Of a stretch of 64,000 nt of DNA, positions 20,291 to 31,200 are shown in pieces (position 1 is the stretch's first letter; each line of letters begins with the position of its first letter). The notes below the pieces were generated by a model that was given only the letters and a program-made list of their open reading frames with translations, did not search any database and was not told the DNA's origin. The stretch is from an uncultured Gammaproteobacteria bacterium (GTDB taxonomy: Bacteria; Pseudomonadota; Gammaproteobacteria; UBA6002): NCBI GenBank assembly GCA_963705725.1, contig CAVPKM010000013.1:179248-243247 (forward strand). Reading direction: 5' to 3'. A program made the position numbers and the translations under genes.

Positions 20291-20321
20291 CCCTTGAAGT
20301 TGGTCTAACTCGACCCTATAT
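20291..20321 (+). promoter_or_regulatory. Sigma-32 promoter of grpE
   Basis: CCCTTGAA-N15-CCCTATAT. Confidence 0.7.
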
Positions 20322-20350
20322 ATACAGTCTCTGTTATTAAAGGGGAATGA

Positions 20351-20989
20351 TTGATGTCAAACAAGAACAAAACACGTGAAGAGCCTAAGCTTAACGTTGA
20401 TGATTTTGAAAAAAAATCCAATTTATACAGTAAGAAATGGCCAAAAGATGAGGGGGAGATTGAAAACCCGCCAGATGAAAAAGAAGAGTCTGATGAAGAG
20501 GTTGTGGGTATTTTAACGCATCCTTCCTACTTGGAATTAGAACAAAAACTGACTCAGGCTGAACAAGGATTGACTGATCGTTACAACCAAATATTACAGT
20601 TGAAAGCTGAGCAAGAAAATATACGGAGACGTGCTGCACGCGATGTAGAAAACAGCCATAAGTATGCACTGGAAAAATTTGCCAATGACCTCTTGCCTGT
20701 TGTTGATAGCTTAGATCGGGCGCTTGAGAGCGATGTGAGTGATAATGAATTTGCTAAGAAAATACATCAGGGTATTGAGCTGACAATGACCTTATTGCTA
20801 AAAACTCTTGAAAAATTTGGGATTGAACAAATCAATCCATTAAATGAGAAATTTAATCCCGAATATCACCAAGCTATTGCAACGAAGGAAGGAGAAGTGC
20901 AGTCAGATACGGTTATCGAAGTATTGCAAAAAGGTTACTTGCTTAATGGGCGGTTAATCCGACCTGCCTTGGTTGTAGTCAGTGCATAG
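20351..20989 (+). CDS. grpE: Nucleotide exchange factor GrpE
   Basis: AEQENIRRR, LLPVVDSLDRA, FNPEYHQA, QKGYLLNGRLIRPALV. Confidence 0.97.
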   Translation: MMSNKNKTREEPKLNVDDFEKKSNLYSKKWPKDEGEIENPPDEKEESDEEVVGILTHPSYLELEQKLTQAEQGLTDRYNQILQLKAEQENIRRRAARDVENSHKYALEKFANDLLPVVDSLDRALESDVSDNEFAKKIHQGIELTMTLLLKTLEKFGIEQINPLNEKFNPEYHQAIATKEGEVQSDTVIEVLQKGYLLNGRLIRPALVVVSA

Positions 20990-21019
20990 CCCTTGAAAGT
21001 GATTTGTTCATCCCCATTT
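20990..21019 (+). promoter_or_regulatory. Sigma-32 promoter of dnaK
   Basis: CCCTTGAA-N14-CCCCATTT, consensus match. Confidence 0.85.
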
Positions 21020-21059
21020 AACTTATAACGTTTAAATAAAAGACCGGAGATTCTTAATT

Positions 21060-23006
21060 ATGGCGAAAATTATAGGTATAGACCTTGGTACAACAAACTC
21101 CTGTGTAGCAATTAAAGAAGGTGGCAAAGTTCGTGTCATTGAAAATAGTGAAGGCGATCGAACCACTCCTTCCATTGTTGCTTTTACTAAAGATGGGGAA
21201 ACCCTTGTCGGTCAATCCGCAAAACGGCAAGCGGTTACTAATCCTCAGAATACTTTATATGCAATAAAACGTTTAGTTGGTCGCAAGTTTGACGACGAAG
21301 TTGTAAAACGTGATATGGGCATGGTTCCCTATAAAATTATTAGGGCTGATAATGGTGACGCTTGGGTGGAAGCAAACAGCAAGAAGTATGCGCCACCGCA
21401 AATTTCCGCGCAAATCTTAATGAAAATGAAGAAAACAGCAGAAGATTATCTTGGTGAAGAAGTGACAGAAGCTGTGATCACTGTGCCAGCCTATTTCAAT
21501 GACTCGCAACGTCAGGCTACTAAGGATGCAGGCAAAATTGCTGGATTAGAGGTTAAGCGAATTATCAACGAACCTACTGCAGCGGCATTGGCTTATGGAG
21601 CAGATAAGCAGAAGGGTGATAGCATTATTGCTGTCTACGACCTGGGAGGTGGAACTTTTGATATCTCTATTATTGAAATTGCGGTAGTAGACGGAGAGCA
21701 CCAATTTGAAGTTCGTTCAACAAATGGTGATACCTTCCTAGGTGGTGAAGATTTTGATAAGCGTTTGATTGATTATTTAACCAGTGAGTTTAAAAAAGAA
21801 CAAGGAATTGACCTCACTAAGGATCCTTTGGCATTACAACGAATAAAAGAAGCTGCAGAAAAAGCGAAAATTGAGCTTTCCTCATCACAACAAACTGATA
21901 TTAACTTGCCCTATATCACAGCAGATGCGACTGGACCCAAGCACTTAAGTATCCGTTTAACAAGATCGAAGCTCGAATCTTTAGTTGAAGATTTGATTGA
22001 ACGTACAATTGAGCCTTGCAAAATTGCGCTTAAGGATGCAGGTCTCAAAGTAAATGAGATTAATGAAGTGATTTTAGTTGGTGGTCAAACTCGTATGCCA
22101 AAGGTTCAAGAAGCGGTTAAACACTTCTTTGGTAAAGAGCCACGTCGAGATGTCAATCCCGATGAAGCGGTGGCAGTGGGTGCGGCTATTCAAGCGGCCG
22201 TGTTGGCAGGTGAAGTAAAAGACGTCTTGCTGCTCGATGTCACGCCGCTTTCCCTCGGGATAGAGACACTGGGTGGAGTCATGACGAAAATCATTGAAAA
22301 AAATACCACCATCCCAACGAAAGCTACGCAGGTTTTTTCAACGGCTGATGATAACCAAACTGCGGTTACCGTTCATGTGCTACAAGGTGAGCGTGAAATC
22401 GCGTCGGCAAATAAATCACTGGGTCGATTTGATTTGTCAGATATTCCTCCTGCCGCACGTGGTATTCCTCAAATTGAAGTGACGTTCGATATTGATGCCA
22501 ACGGCATCTTGCATGTATCGGCAAAGGACAAGGCAACGGGTAAGGAACAATCTATTGTGATAAAAGCTTCAAGCGGGTTATCTGATGAAGAAGTGGAAAA
22601 TATGGTGCGGGATGCTGAAAAAAATAAAGAAGCGGATCAAAAATTTCATCAACTCGTCGATATTAGAAATAAAGCAGATGGCATGATTCATGCTACGACT
22701 AAGACGATGAAGGACCTGGGTGATAAGGTTACGACTGAAGAACGCGAGGGAGCGGAAAAAGCGATAGAGGCGCTTAAAGACGCAATGAAGACCGACAATA
22801 AAGAAGAAATTGAGTCCAAAACACAGCAATTAACTGAAATCTCCTCGAAGATGGCCGAACGTTTGTACGCAGAAAAAGGTACCGAAGGTGAAGGAGCTTC
22901 TGGGGGTAATGCGGGGGCTGAAACCAAAACGGGTACTGATAACAAGCAAGGCGACAATGTGGTTGATGCTGAATTTGAAGAAGTCAAAGATGACGACAAG
23001 AAGTAA
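21060..23006 (+). CDS. dnaK: Chaperone DnaK
   Basis: [32 protein letters not shown]. Confidence 0.99.
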   Translation: MAKIIGIDLGTTNSCVAIKEGGKVRVIENSEGDRTTPSIVAFTKDGETLVGQSAKRQAVTNPQNTLYAIKRLVGRKFDDEVVKRDMGMVPYKIIRADNGDAWVEANSKKYAPPQISAQILMKMKKTAEDYLGEEVTEAVITVPAYFNDSQRQATKDAGKIAGLEVKRIINEPTAAALAYGADKQKGDSIIAVYDLGGGTFDISIIEIAVVDGEHQFEVRSTNGDTFLGGEDFDKRLIDYLTSEFKKEQGIDLTKDPLALQRIKEAAEKAKIELSSSQQTDINLPYITADATGPKHLSIRLTRSKLESLVEDLIERTIEPCKIALKDAGLKVNEINEVILVGGQTRMPKVQEAVKHFFGKEPRRDVNPDEAVAVGAAIQAAVLAGEVKDVLLLDVTPLSLGIETLGGVMTKIIEKNTTIPTKATQVFSTADDNQTAVTVHVLQGEREIASANKSLGRFDLSDIPPAARGIPQIEVTFDIDANGILHVSAKDKATGKEQSIVIKASSGLSDEEVENMVRDAEKNKEADQKFHQLVDIRNKADGMIHATTKTMKDLGDKVTTEEREGAEKAIEALKDAMKTDNKEEIESKTQQLTEISSKMAERLYAEKGTEGEGASGGNAGAETKTGTDNKQGDNVVDAEFEEVKDDDKK

Positions 23007-23022
23007 ACACCGTTAGGTGATA

Positions 23023-23051
23023 TTTGCAGAGAAGGTTGGCTTCTCTGCAAA
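23023..23051 (+). terminator. Hairpin between dnaK and dnaJ (attenuator/terminator)
   Basis: TTTGCAGAGAAG-GTTGG-CTTCTCTGCAAA. Confidence 0.6.
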
Positions 23052-23081
23052 AATGATACAAAGATAATTGGCTGCAGGATT

Positions 23082-24226
23082 ATGACGACAAAAAGAGATT
23101 ATTACGAAATATTAGAGGTAACACGCAACGCCAGTGAGGCTGATATTAAAAAGGCTTATCGTAGATTAGCAATGAAATATCATCCTGATAGAAATCCTCC
23201 TGATGACAAAGAGTCTGAAGCAAAATTTAAAGAAGCCAAAGAGGCATATGAAATTTTATCAGATGGTCGTAAACGTTCTGCCTATGATCAATTTGGACAT
23301 GCGGGTGTCAATCCGGGTATGGGTGGAGGAGGTCCGCAAGGATTTGATGTTGGAGACATTTTCGGAGATATCAGCGATATCTTTGGTGATATTTTTGGAG
23401 GGGGGGCGGACGATCTCGTGCTCAGCGCGGGTCTGATTTAATTTATAATCTCGAGCTGTCTCTTGAAGAAGCAGTGCATGGGAAAGCGGTTGAAATTAAA
23501 GTTCCTACCTTAATTAATTGTGAAACATGTGCAGGGTCGGGTGCAAAAAAAGGAACAAGCCCCACTTCTTGCCAAACCTGTAATGGGGTCGGGCAAGTTC
23601 GTGCCCAACATGGCTTCTTTACGGTTCAACAAACTTGTCCAGATTGTCATGGGCGTGGCAAAGTGATTCAACATCCTTGTCCGCATTGCCGAGGTCAGGG
23701 TCGAGTGCAACAACATAAAAAATTATCTGTTAAAATTCCTGCCGGGGTCAATACCGGGGATCGCATTCGACTAACTGGAGAAGGAGAGGCCGGAGCCTAT
23801 GGTGCACCATCGGGTGACCTCTATGTACAAGTTCATTTGAAAAAGCATCCCATCTTTCTTCGTGATGGTGCGGATTTACACTGCGAAGTTCCAATCGATC
23901 TTGTCGTTGCAGCGTTAGGCGGGGAATTAGAAGTTCCCACTTTAGATGGAAAAATTTTATTAAAAATTCCAGGTGAAACTCAAAGCGGTAAACTCTTTCG
24001 TTTAAAAGGAAAGGGGGTGCCTTCGATGCGACGAGGTCATGGTGCGGGTGATTTATTTTGTCAAGTTGTAGTTGAAACGCCTGTTAATCTTTCGACCGAA
24101 CAAAAAGGACTGCTACAGCAATTCGCTGATTCCCTTGCTCAAGGTGGTAATAAACATAATCCACGTTCAAAGAGCTGGTTTGATAGCGTAAAACGTTTTT
24201 TTGAAGGAGTTCATTCCAAACCTTAG
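23082..24226 (+). CDS. dnaJ: Chaperone DnaJ; frameshift at G7 run 23400-23406, probably a sequencing error
   Basis: J domain with HPD in 23082-23441; four CxxCxGxG repeats and C-terminal domain in 23474-24226. Confidence 0.95.
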
Positions 24227-24236
24227 GATTTAATAA

Positions 24237-24284
24237 CCGCTCTTAACCAAATTTTTATTCGAAGATGGCTTAAATCTGAAAGGT
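24237..24284 (+). repeat. Degenerate fragment of the MITE-like element
   Basis: CCGCTCTTAACCAAATTTTTATTCGAAGATGGCTTAAATCTGAA aligns with 27779-27825. Confidence 0.55.
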
Positions 24285-24297
24285 CACCACTTTAATT

Positions 24298-27200
24298 ATG
24301 AAAAAATCACAATATCGACTTTTGGGAACTCGACGATTTCTTCCGCTTTTTATTACTCAATTTTTTAATGCCTTTAATGATAATGTTTTTAAAAATGGTT
24401 TTATCATTTTAATTACTTATCAACTGATACAAAGTGAAAATTCCCAGCAATTTATGATTGCCTTAATTGCAGGAATTTTCATTCTGCCATTTTTTTTATT
24501 TTCAGCTACAGCGGGTCAGCTGGCGGATAAGTATGAAAAATCTAAAATTATTGTGGTAATTAAATCCATCGAATTACTTTTTATGATGATTGCTAGCATA
24601 GGTTTTTATTTTCATAACTTGCTGTTATTAATGATAACGCTATTTTTTCTCGGAGCACATTCCACTTTTTTTGGCCCAATTAAATATTCAATCTTACCGG
24701 AGCAGCTGAACAATGACGAATTGCTCGGTGGAAATGCATTAATTGAAGCCGGAACATTCATTTCAATTTTGATTGGACAAGTTTTAGGTGGCACTTTAAT
24801 TCTTAAATCTCATGGCGTTTTTTATTTGAGTTTGGCTTTGTTAATGATTGCAACGGCGGGTTTAATCGGCAGTCTTTATATTCCCAAAACAAAACGTGCG
24901 CAACCTCATCTTCTTATTTCAGCTAATTTTTTTAAAGAAACGAAAAAAATTCTTAATCTCACCCATCAAAAAAAATCAATTTTTCTAGCTATTTTTGGGA
25001 TTTCTTGGTTTTGGTTTATTGGCGCAACTTTTATCACGCAATTTCCCACCTTTACTAAAGTTTTGCTTTCCGCTACGCCTCAAGTATTTACCCTGATACT
25101 CACCTTATTTTCTTTAGGAATTGGAATGGGTTCATTGCTGTGTAACTTATTGCTGAAAGGAAAAATTTCAACTAAGTACGTTCCCTTGGCGATTTTTGGC
25201 ATGTCTATTTTCATGGTGGATATTTATTTAGCGAGTGGGCATCTGAATGCAGCGCCTGCACATCTTTACACCGTTATTGAATTTGTTCATTATTTCTCGC
25301 ATATTCGTATACTGGTTGACATCCTGTTGTTATCGGTTTGTGGCGGCCTTTATATCGTGCCACTGTATGCTTTTATCCAAAAAAAATCTAATAAAGGCAT
25401 ACGTTCACGTATTATTGCAGGCAATAATATTTATAACGCAATATTTATGGTGACTTCTTCATTATATATCATGTTGTTTACCGCCTTTAATTTCAGTATC
25501 CCTCAATTATTTCTTTTAAGCGCCATTCTCAATACATTTGTTGCGATTTATTTAGTTAAACTATTACCGGAGGCCATTTTGCAAACTTGGATTAAATGGC
25601 TGTGCAATTTATTTTATCGTGTGGAGGTCAAAGGCATTGAACACTATCATCAGGCAGGAAAAAGAGTAGTAATTATCGCGAATCATACCTCATTTATTGA
25701 TGCAATCTTGCTTGCAGCTTTTTTGCCTAATCGTTTGTCATTTGCTGTCAATACGCATATTGCAAATAGCAAAAGTTTTCGCTTCATCTCAAATTTAATT
25801 GAGATTTTTCCAATTAATCCCAGTAATCCATTTGCGATTAAATCCATCATTAAAAAACTGAAAGAAAATCGTCGCTTGGTTATTTTTCCTGAAGGTAGGA
25901 TAACAGTTACCGGTGCCTTGATGAAAATCTATGAAGGACCGGGATTAATTGCAGATCAAGCGAATGCAAAATTATTGCCAATACGTATTGAAGGCGCTCA
26001 GTATACGCCATTTTCTCGTCTCAAAAAGAAAGTTCATATTCGAAAATTTTCAAAAATTACGCTAACTATTTTACCGCCGCAAGAAATTAATCTTAGTGCG
26101 GAAATTAAAGGCAAGGAAAGACGACAGATTTTAGGCGAAAAATTATATCAAATAATGAGTAATATGCTTTTTGAAAGTAGTGATTATAAAAAAACATTGA
26201 TGCAATCTTTAATCGATGCAAGAAAAATTCATTCGGGCAAACATATTATTTTAGAGGATATCCAGAGAAAACCGATTACCTATAATCAGCTATTGCAATA
26301 TTGTTTTGTTCTTGCTTCATATTGGAAGACGCGTATTAACGGACCTCATGTTGGAATTTTATTACCAAACATAGCAAGTAATGTGATTAATTTTTTTTCT
26401 TTGAGTGCTATTTCACATATTCCCGTGATGTTAAATTACACCTTTAGCGCACAAGATATACTTAGTTGCTGCTTAACAAGTAATGTTAAACAAGTCATCA
26501 CATCAGAAAAATTTATCGATAATGCAAAGCTTTCCCCATTAATCATGTTGCTTCAGGCTAACGCGATTGAAATTCATTATTTAGAACACCTTAAATTGAT
26601 TTTTAGGAATAAACTAATAGGATTTTTAAAGTCACGATTTCCAAGCTTTTATTCCACGCAAAATGGACAAGCGGAAAAACCGGCCGTTGTTCTCTTTACT
26701 TCTGGTTCAGAAGGCAAGCCCAAGGGTGTGGTGCTCAGCCATCAAAATATTCAAGCCAATCGATATCAGCTCAGTGCTAGAATAGATTTTACTGCTCAAG
26801 ATATTATTTTGAATGCCTTGCCGATGTTCCATTCATTTGGTCTAAGCGCCGGAACGCTTTTACCCATTTTATTTGGTATGAGAACATTTCTTTATCCTTC
26901 CCCCTTGCACTATAAAATCGTTCCAGAAATAATCTATGACATTAATGCAACCATCACCTTTGGGACCGATACTTTTTTGCGCGGTTATGGAAAATTTGCA
27001 AATCCTTATGATTTTTATTGTTTGCGTTATGTGCTTGCTGGTGCTGAAAAATTGCGAGAGGAAACTAGAAATCTTTGGGCTGAAAAATTTGGTATTCGCC
27101 TACTTGAGGGATATGGAGCAACAGAAACTTCTCCTGTACTCAGTATGAATACTCCTATGCATTACCGTATAAATACGGTTGGGCAGTTACTGCCTGGAGT

Positions 27201-27711
27201 GAGTTATCAAATCCATGCAGTCCCCGACCTTGAACAAGGAGGCAGGTTGTGGGTAAAAGGTCCAAATATTATGTTAGGATATTACCAGCATGATTTGCCT
27301 GGCCAATTATTGCCGCTAAAAGCAGGCTGGTACGATACGGGCGATATTGTGACAATTGACGAGGCAGGATTTCTCAAGATATTAGGAAGGGCAAGGCGAT
27401 TTGCAAAGATTGGAGGAGAAATGATTTCCCTCACGGCAGTAGAAAATACTATTCTGACTTGCTGGCCAGACTATTCCCATGCCATTATTGCAGAGCCTGA
27501 TCCTGTTAAGGGAGAGCAGCTCATTTTATTTACCACTTACGAAGCAGCGACACGTCAAGATCTATTAAAACTGTTTCAGCGATTAGGGTTAACCGAATTA
27601 CAAATGCCAAGAAAAATTATTATTTTGGCAACGATACCGGTTCTAGGAACGGGTAAGACTCACTATGTAGCCTTAAAAAATTATTATCGTAACTATTTAG
27701 CACAGGATTGA
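24298..27711 (+). CDS. aas: MFS-acyltransferase-acyl-ACP synthetase fusion (LplT/Aas-like)
   Basis: N-terminal MFS (FNDNVFK, GQLADKYEK), PlsC NHTSFID and IFPEGR, AMP-binding FTSGSEGKPKG, GYGATE, YDTGD. Confidence 0.92.
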   Translation: MKKSQYRLLGTRRFLPLFITQFFNAFNDNVFKNGFIILITYQLIQSENSQQFMIALIAGIFILPFFLFSATAGQLADKYEKSKIIVVIKSIELLFMMIASIGFYFHNLLLLMITLFFLGAHSTFFGPIKYSILPEQLNNDELLGGNALIEAGTFISILIGQVLGGTLILKSHGVFYLSLALLMIATAGLIGSLYIPKTKRAQPHLLISANFFKETKKILNLTHQKKSIFLAIFGISWFWFIGATFITQFPTFTKVLLSATPQVFTLILTLFSLGIGMGSLLCNLLLKGKISTKYVPLAIFGMSIFMVDIYLASGHLNAAPAHLYTVIEFVHYFSHIRILVDILLLSVCGGLYIVPLYAFIQKKSNKGIRSRIIAGNNIYNAIFMVTSSLYIMLFTAFNFSIPQLFLLSAILNTFVAIYLVKLLPEAILQTWIKWLCNLFYRVEVKGIEHYHQAGKRVVIIANHTSFIDAILLAAFLPNRLSFAVNTHIANSKSFRFISNLIEIFPINPSNPFAIKSIIKKLKENRRLVIFPEGRITVTGALMKIYEGPGLIADQANAKLLPIRIEGAQYTPFSRLKKKVHIRKFSKITLTILPPQEINLSAEIKGKERRQILGEKLYQIMSNMLFESSDYKKTLMQSLIDARKIHSGKHIILEDIQRKPITYNQLLQYCFVLASYWKTRINGPHVGILLPNIASNVINFFSLSAISHIPVMLNYTFSAQDILSCCLTSNVKQVITSEKFIDNAKLSPLIMLLQANAIEIHYLEHLKLIFRNKLIGFLKSRFPSFYSTQNGQAEKPAVVLFTSGSEGKPKGVVLSHQNIQANRYQLSARIDFTAQDIILNALPMFHSFGLSAGTLLPILFGMRTFLYPSPLHYKIVPEIIYDINATITFGTDTFLRGYGKFANPYDFYCLRYVLAGAEKLREETRNLWAEKFGIRLLEGYGATETSPVLSMNTPMHYRINTVGQLLPGVSYQIHAVPDLEQGGRLWVKGPNIMLGYYQHDLPGQLLPLKAGWYDTGDIVTIDEAGFLKILGRARRFAKIGGEMISLTAVENTILTCWPDYSHAIIAEPDPVKGEQLILFTTYEAATRQDLLKLFQRLGLTELQMPRKIIILATIPVLGTGKTHYVALKNYYRNYLAQD

Positions 27712-27860
27712 AACGTTCATATTTTGCCACCTTCGAACAAAAAATTTAATTAAAACTGCTCACATACTTATGTATGCTCCGCTTTTTAATTAAATTTTTT
27801 GTTCGAATCTGGCTAAAATCTGAACGTTTAGCGACTTCTAGCGCCTCTGCTAAATAGTTA
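27690..27860 (+). mobile_element. ~170-bp palindromic MITE-like element, copy 1
   Basis: Terminal IR TAACTATTTAGCA...TGCTAAATAGTTA; long internal IR TTCGAACAAAAAATTTAATTAAAA/TTTTAATTAAATTTTTTGTTCGAA; no ORF. Confidence 0.8.
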
Positions 27861-27910
27861 AAAAATTATTATCGTAACTATTCAGCACAGCTTATTAAAG
27901 GAGAATGTTC

Positions 27911-28918
27911 ATGAAACAAGAATTAGCAACAACGATTAATGATATTGTCAAGCAAGGCAAAGGGATCCTAGCCGCTGATGAAAGTACAGCCACGATCACT
28001 AAACGTTTTCAATCGATTGATGTTGAATCCAATGAAGAAAATCGTCGTGTCTATCGCGAGTTACTTTTTAGTACGCCAAATATTCATGATTATATTTCAG
28101 GTGTCATTCTTTATGAAGAAACATTAAATCAAAAAACAAAAAGTGGAATCCCTTTCCCTAAATTGCTACAACAATGTGGAATTGTTCCAGGCATTAAGGT
28201 TGATAAAGGAATCATTCCTTTACCTGGTTCTCCAGAAGAAAACATTACCCAAGGATTAGATAATCTTGGTGAAAAACTAAAAAATTATAAAGCGCTAGGC
28301 GCTCGCTTTGCTAAATGGCGAGCAGTTATTCCAGTTACGCCATTATTACCAACGAATTATGGCATCCATGCTAATGCGGAAGCGCTTGCTCGTTATGCGG
28401 CTATTTGTCAGGCCGAGGGTATCGTACCTATTGTGGAACCTGAAGTATTAATGGAAGGGGATCACTCCATCGAGCGCTGTGAAGAGGTAACAGAAAAAGT
28501 ATTGCGAGCGGTGTTTGATGCGCTTCATTTAAATAGAGTTCAAACAGAATACATCATTCTTAAACCAAATATGGTGGTTCCGGGTATCAAGCACCACTCT
28601 CAAGCCAGTGTTGAACAAGTCGCCGAGGCTACGTTGCGGGTATTGCGACGAACTGTCCCGGTATCTGTCCCAAGTATCAATTTCCTTTCAGGTGGCCAAG
28701 GTGATGAACTGGCTACTGCTCATCTCAATCAAATGAATCAATTTCCCCACCCTTGGTATTTAAGTTTCTCTTATGGTAGGGCATTGCAGGCACCTGCGCT
28801 AAAAGCTTGGGGAGGAAAGGATCAAAATATTATTACAGCTCAAACTGCCTTGCTAAAGCGCGCTAAATTGAATGGTGTAGCAACAGATGGGAAATATTCG
28901 ATGAGCTTAGAGGCTTAA
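27911..28918 (+). CDS. fba: Fructose-bisphosphate aldolase, class I
   Basis: GKGILAADES, GIKVDKG, FAKWRAV, VPIVEPEV, LKPNMV, FLSGGQ, SFSYGRALQ. Confidence 0.97.
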   Translation: MKQELATTINDIVKQGKGILAADESTATITKRFQSIDVESNEENRRVYRELLFSTPNIHDYISGVILYEETLNQKTKSGIPFPKLLQQCGIVPGIKVDKGIIPLPGSPEENITQGLDNLGEKLKNYKALGARFAKWRAVIPVTPLLPTNYGIHANAEALARYAAICQAEGIVPIVEPEVLMEGDHSIERCEEVTEKVLRAVFDALHLNRVQTEYIILKPNMVVPGIKHHSQASVEQVAEATLRVLRRTVPVSVPSINFLSGGQGDELATAHLNQMNQFPHPWYLSFSYGRALQAPALKAWGGKDQNIITAQTALLKRAKLNGVATDGKYSMSLEA

Positions 28919-28999
28919 TTTTTAATTTCTAGTGACATATTCGATGGCTACTTTCTTCGTGAATGAATTTTACATTTACAATTTGATTAACTTAATAAG

Positions 29000-29171
29000 T
29001 AACTATTCAGCACAAATGCTAGAAGTCGCTAAACGTTCAGATTTTAGCCAGATTCGGACAAACAAATTTAATTAATAGCGGAGCAATACTCAAGTATATG
29101 AGCAGTTTTAATTAAATTTTTTGTTCGAAGATGGCAAAATATGGACCTTTCAACCCTGTGCTAAATAGTTA
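29000..29171 (-). mobile_element. MITE-like element, copy 2 (inverted relative to copy 1)
   Basis: Reverse complement aligns end to end with 27690-27860 with scattered substitutions; ends (G)TAACTATTCAGCAC...GTGCTAAATAGTTA(C). Confidence 0.8.
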
Positions 29172-30773
29172 CCTAATAAATTTCGGAGAAAAACTTGATA
29201 GATCCGTTTGAATTTTCTGAAACCGAATTTGAGGCTTTATTCCAGCCGCTTAGTCTTCCAAAAAGAGCAAATAAAGCGTTTGCAGACCAAGATCCTGATC
29301 ATTTTTATACTGATTTTATGGAAATATGCAAAAAAGGGTTTTTTGAACCTAAATATGATGCTTGGGGAATAAGGCAACTGTATCTTTCGGAAGGAGTACC
29401 GTTGTTACAAATAAAAGCATTCGATTCTTTTATAAAGAATATTCAAAAAAGCATCGAGTTATTCGAAGAATTATATTCTTTTTTTAAAGAAAATGCAGAT
29501 AGGGTAAAGCCTTATCTCATCCTAAACAAAAGTGCTAACCTGCTTGTGTTAAAATTGTTGGATGAGATAATTTCAAAACTCACAGGTTATGTTTGGTGGA
29601 AAAAAGATTATCTACAATCGATACGTTTAGGAGAATTACAGCTTAAATTTGACTCCTTGCTGCATACTCGATGCATACTAATCGAAGGTAAAAAACTTTC
29701 CCCATTACTTTTATGGGAAAGCCTAGGGGCCATTTGTATGCATTTGGCAGATGCTTATTTAAAAATAGATTCTTATGATCAAGCTAAAAAATATGTTCAA
29801 TGGTTTAAAAAACTACAACATGCTTACCCAAGCAATGCTAATAGTGAATATCGGCAGGTACATAAACGCCAATATTATGAACTGCGATTACAGTTAGCGC
29901 TTAAAGAAGATAATTTCAATCAAGCAATTGACTATGGATTAAAAGCTAATTATGCAAATGAAGCCTTTGTTGATTCTTGCCAGCAGCCTAGTATCATTTG
30001 TGCTCAATTATTTGAAAGTATCATGTTTACGCATTTCAGACAAAATAAATTAAAGCCCGGACTTTTTTGGGCAAAATTAGCTAAAGATTCACATGAGCAA
30101 AATGTAACCTTTTGTGAGAATGTTATTTTCGAACGTCTCAAATACCCTATCAATGTTGATATAAGCCAAGCAGAATTTCATAGAAAAAAAATTAATTTTT
30201 TCCGAACCATTATTTATCAGAAAAAAAATACGCTTATCAATGAAAATATTCAGAATTTGCAAACGCTTTTTACAGAAGCGCAATTGGAGGTAACGGTTCA
30301 TTTTAAAAAAAGTGAAAAGTTAGGGAATTCTTATTTAACTATTGAATTTCCTCTTAATAATCATCTTTGGTTACTTGCTAAATCTTTTAAAAAATATGGA
30401 ATAATTTGTTTATACGATAATAGAGAAACGCTTTATATCTACAATCTCGCTCATTTAGATTTAGACGCTATTAATTCAGCAATGATGAATTGGAATAACG
30501 AGCTAGAAAAAATTGAAGAAAGGCAATTAGCTGAAAGTGCCTTAAGAGAACAAGGCCCAATTACACTTGAACCGATTGGTTTGCATGCTAATGTTATTCA
30601 AGAAATAAATCATCGTCCGGATAGAAGAGAAACTAAAGGGGTAGGTCATGAAGAACCGCAAGAGATAGCTAATGTTAATGCGCTTCCTCATCCTGTGGGA
30701 ACTAAAGTAATTGATTGGGGTTTGAATCATCCTAAGTATGAAAAAAATAATAGTGAAAGTTTGGTTTACAAAA

Positions 30774-31197
30774 GGTAGCGTAAATAATTTTGTGTAAGCA
30801 GGTTGAGTCAGCAGATTTTTTGCTACCGAATTCCAGATAGCGAAATTAAAATAACAAAAATTTTTTAAATAAACAAATAAAATTATTGTGCCTGTGGGTA
30901 TGTGCGCAATACTGACGAGTGCAACGAGTCAGTTTGTGCATATATCCACAGGCGATCGAAGGCACAAAATTTTAAATCAGTTCTTGGTAGCGTAAATAAT
31001 TTTGTGTAAGCAGGTTGAGTCAGCAGATTTTTTGCTACCGAATTCCAGATAGCGAAATTAAAATAACAAAAATTTTTTAAATAAACAAATAAAATTATTG
31101 TGCCTGTGGGTATGTGCGCAATACTGACGAGTGCAACGAGTCAGTTTGTGCATATATCCACAGGCGATCGAAGGCACAAAATTTTAAATCAGTTCTT
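30774..31197. repeat. Exact 212-bp tandem duplication of the IS256 downstream end (30774-30985, 30986-31197)
   Basis: Two consecutive copies of GGTAGCGTAAATAA...AAATCAGTTCTT, each with a GCCTGTGG...CCACAGGC hairpin. Confidence 0.9.
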
Positions 31198-31200
31198 AAA

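Noticed and set aside
23400-23406. dnaJ frameshift as pseudogene or phase variation
   Set aside because: Single-base indel in a G run of a conserved, otherwise intact housekeeping gene; the same pattern in sufB points to homopolymer sequencing error
27673-27890. 33-bp direct repeats as a mini CRISPR array
   Set aside because: Only two repeats, the ~150-bp interval is itself a palindromic repeat found elsewhere, and no cas genes are present
27911-28918. Eukaryote-type class I aldolase as recent host-derived HGT
   Set aside because: This family is widespread in proteobacteria, and composition matches the surrounding genes
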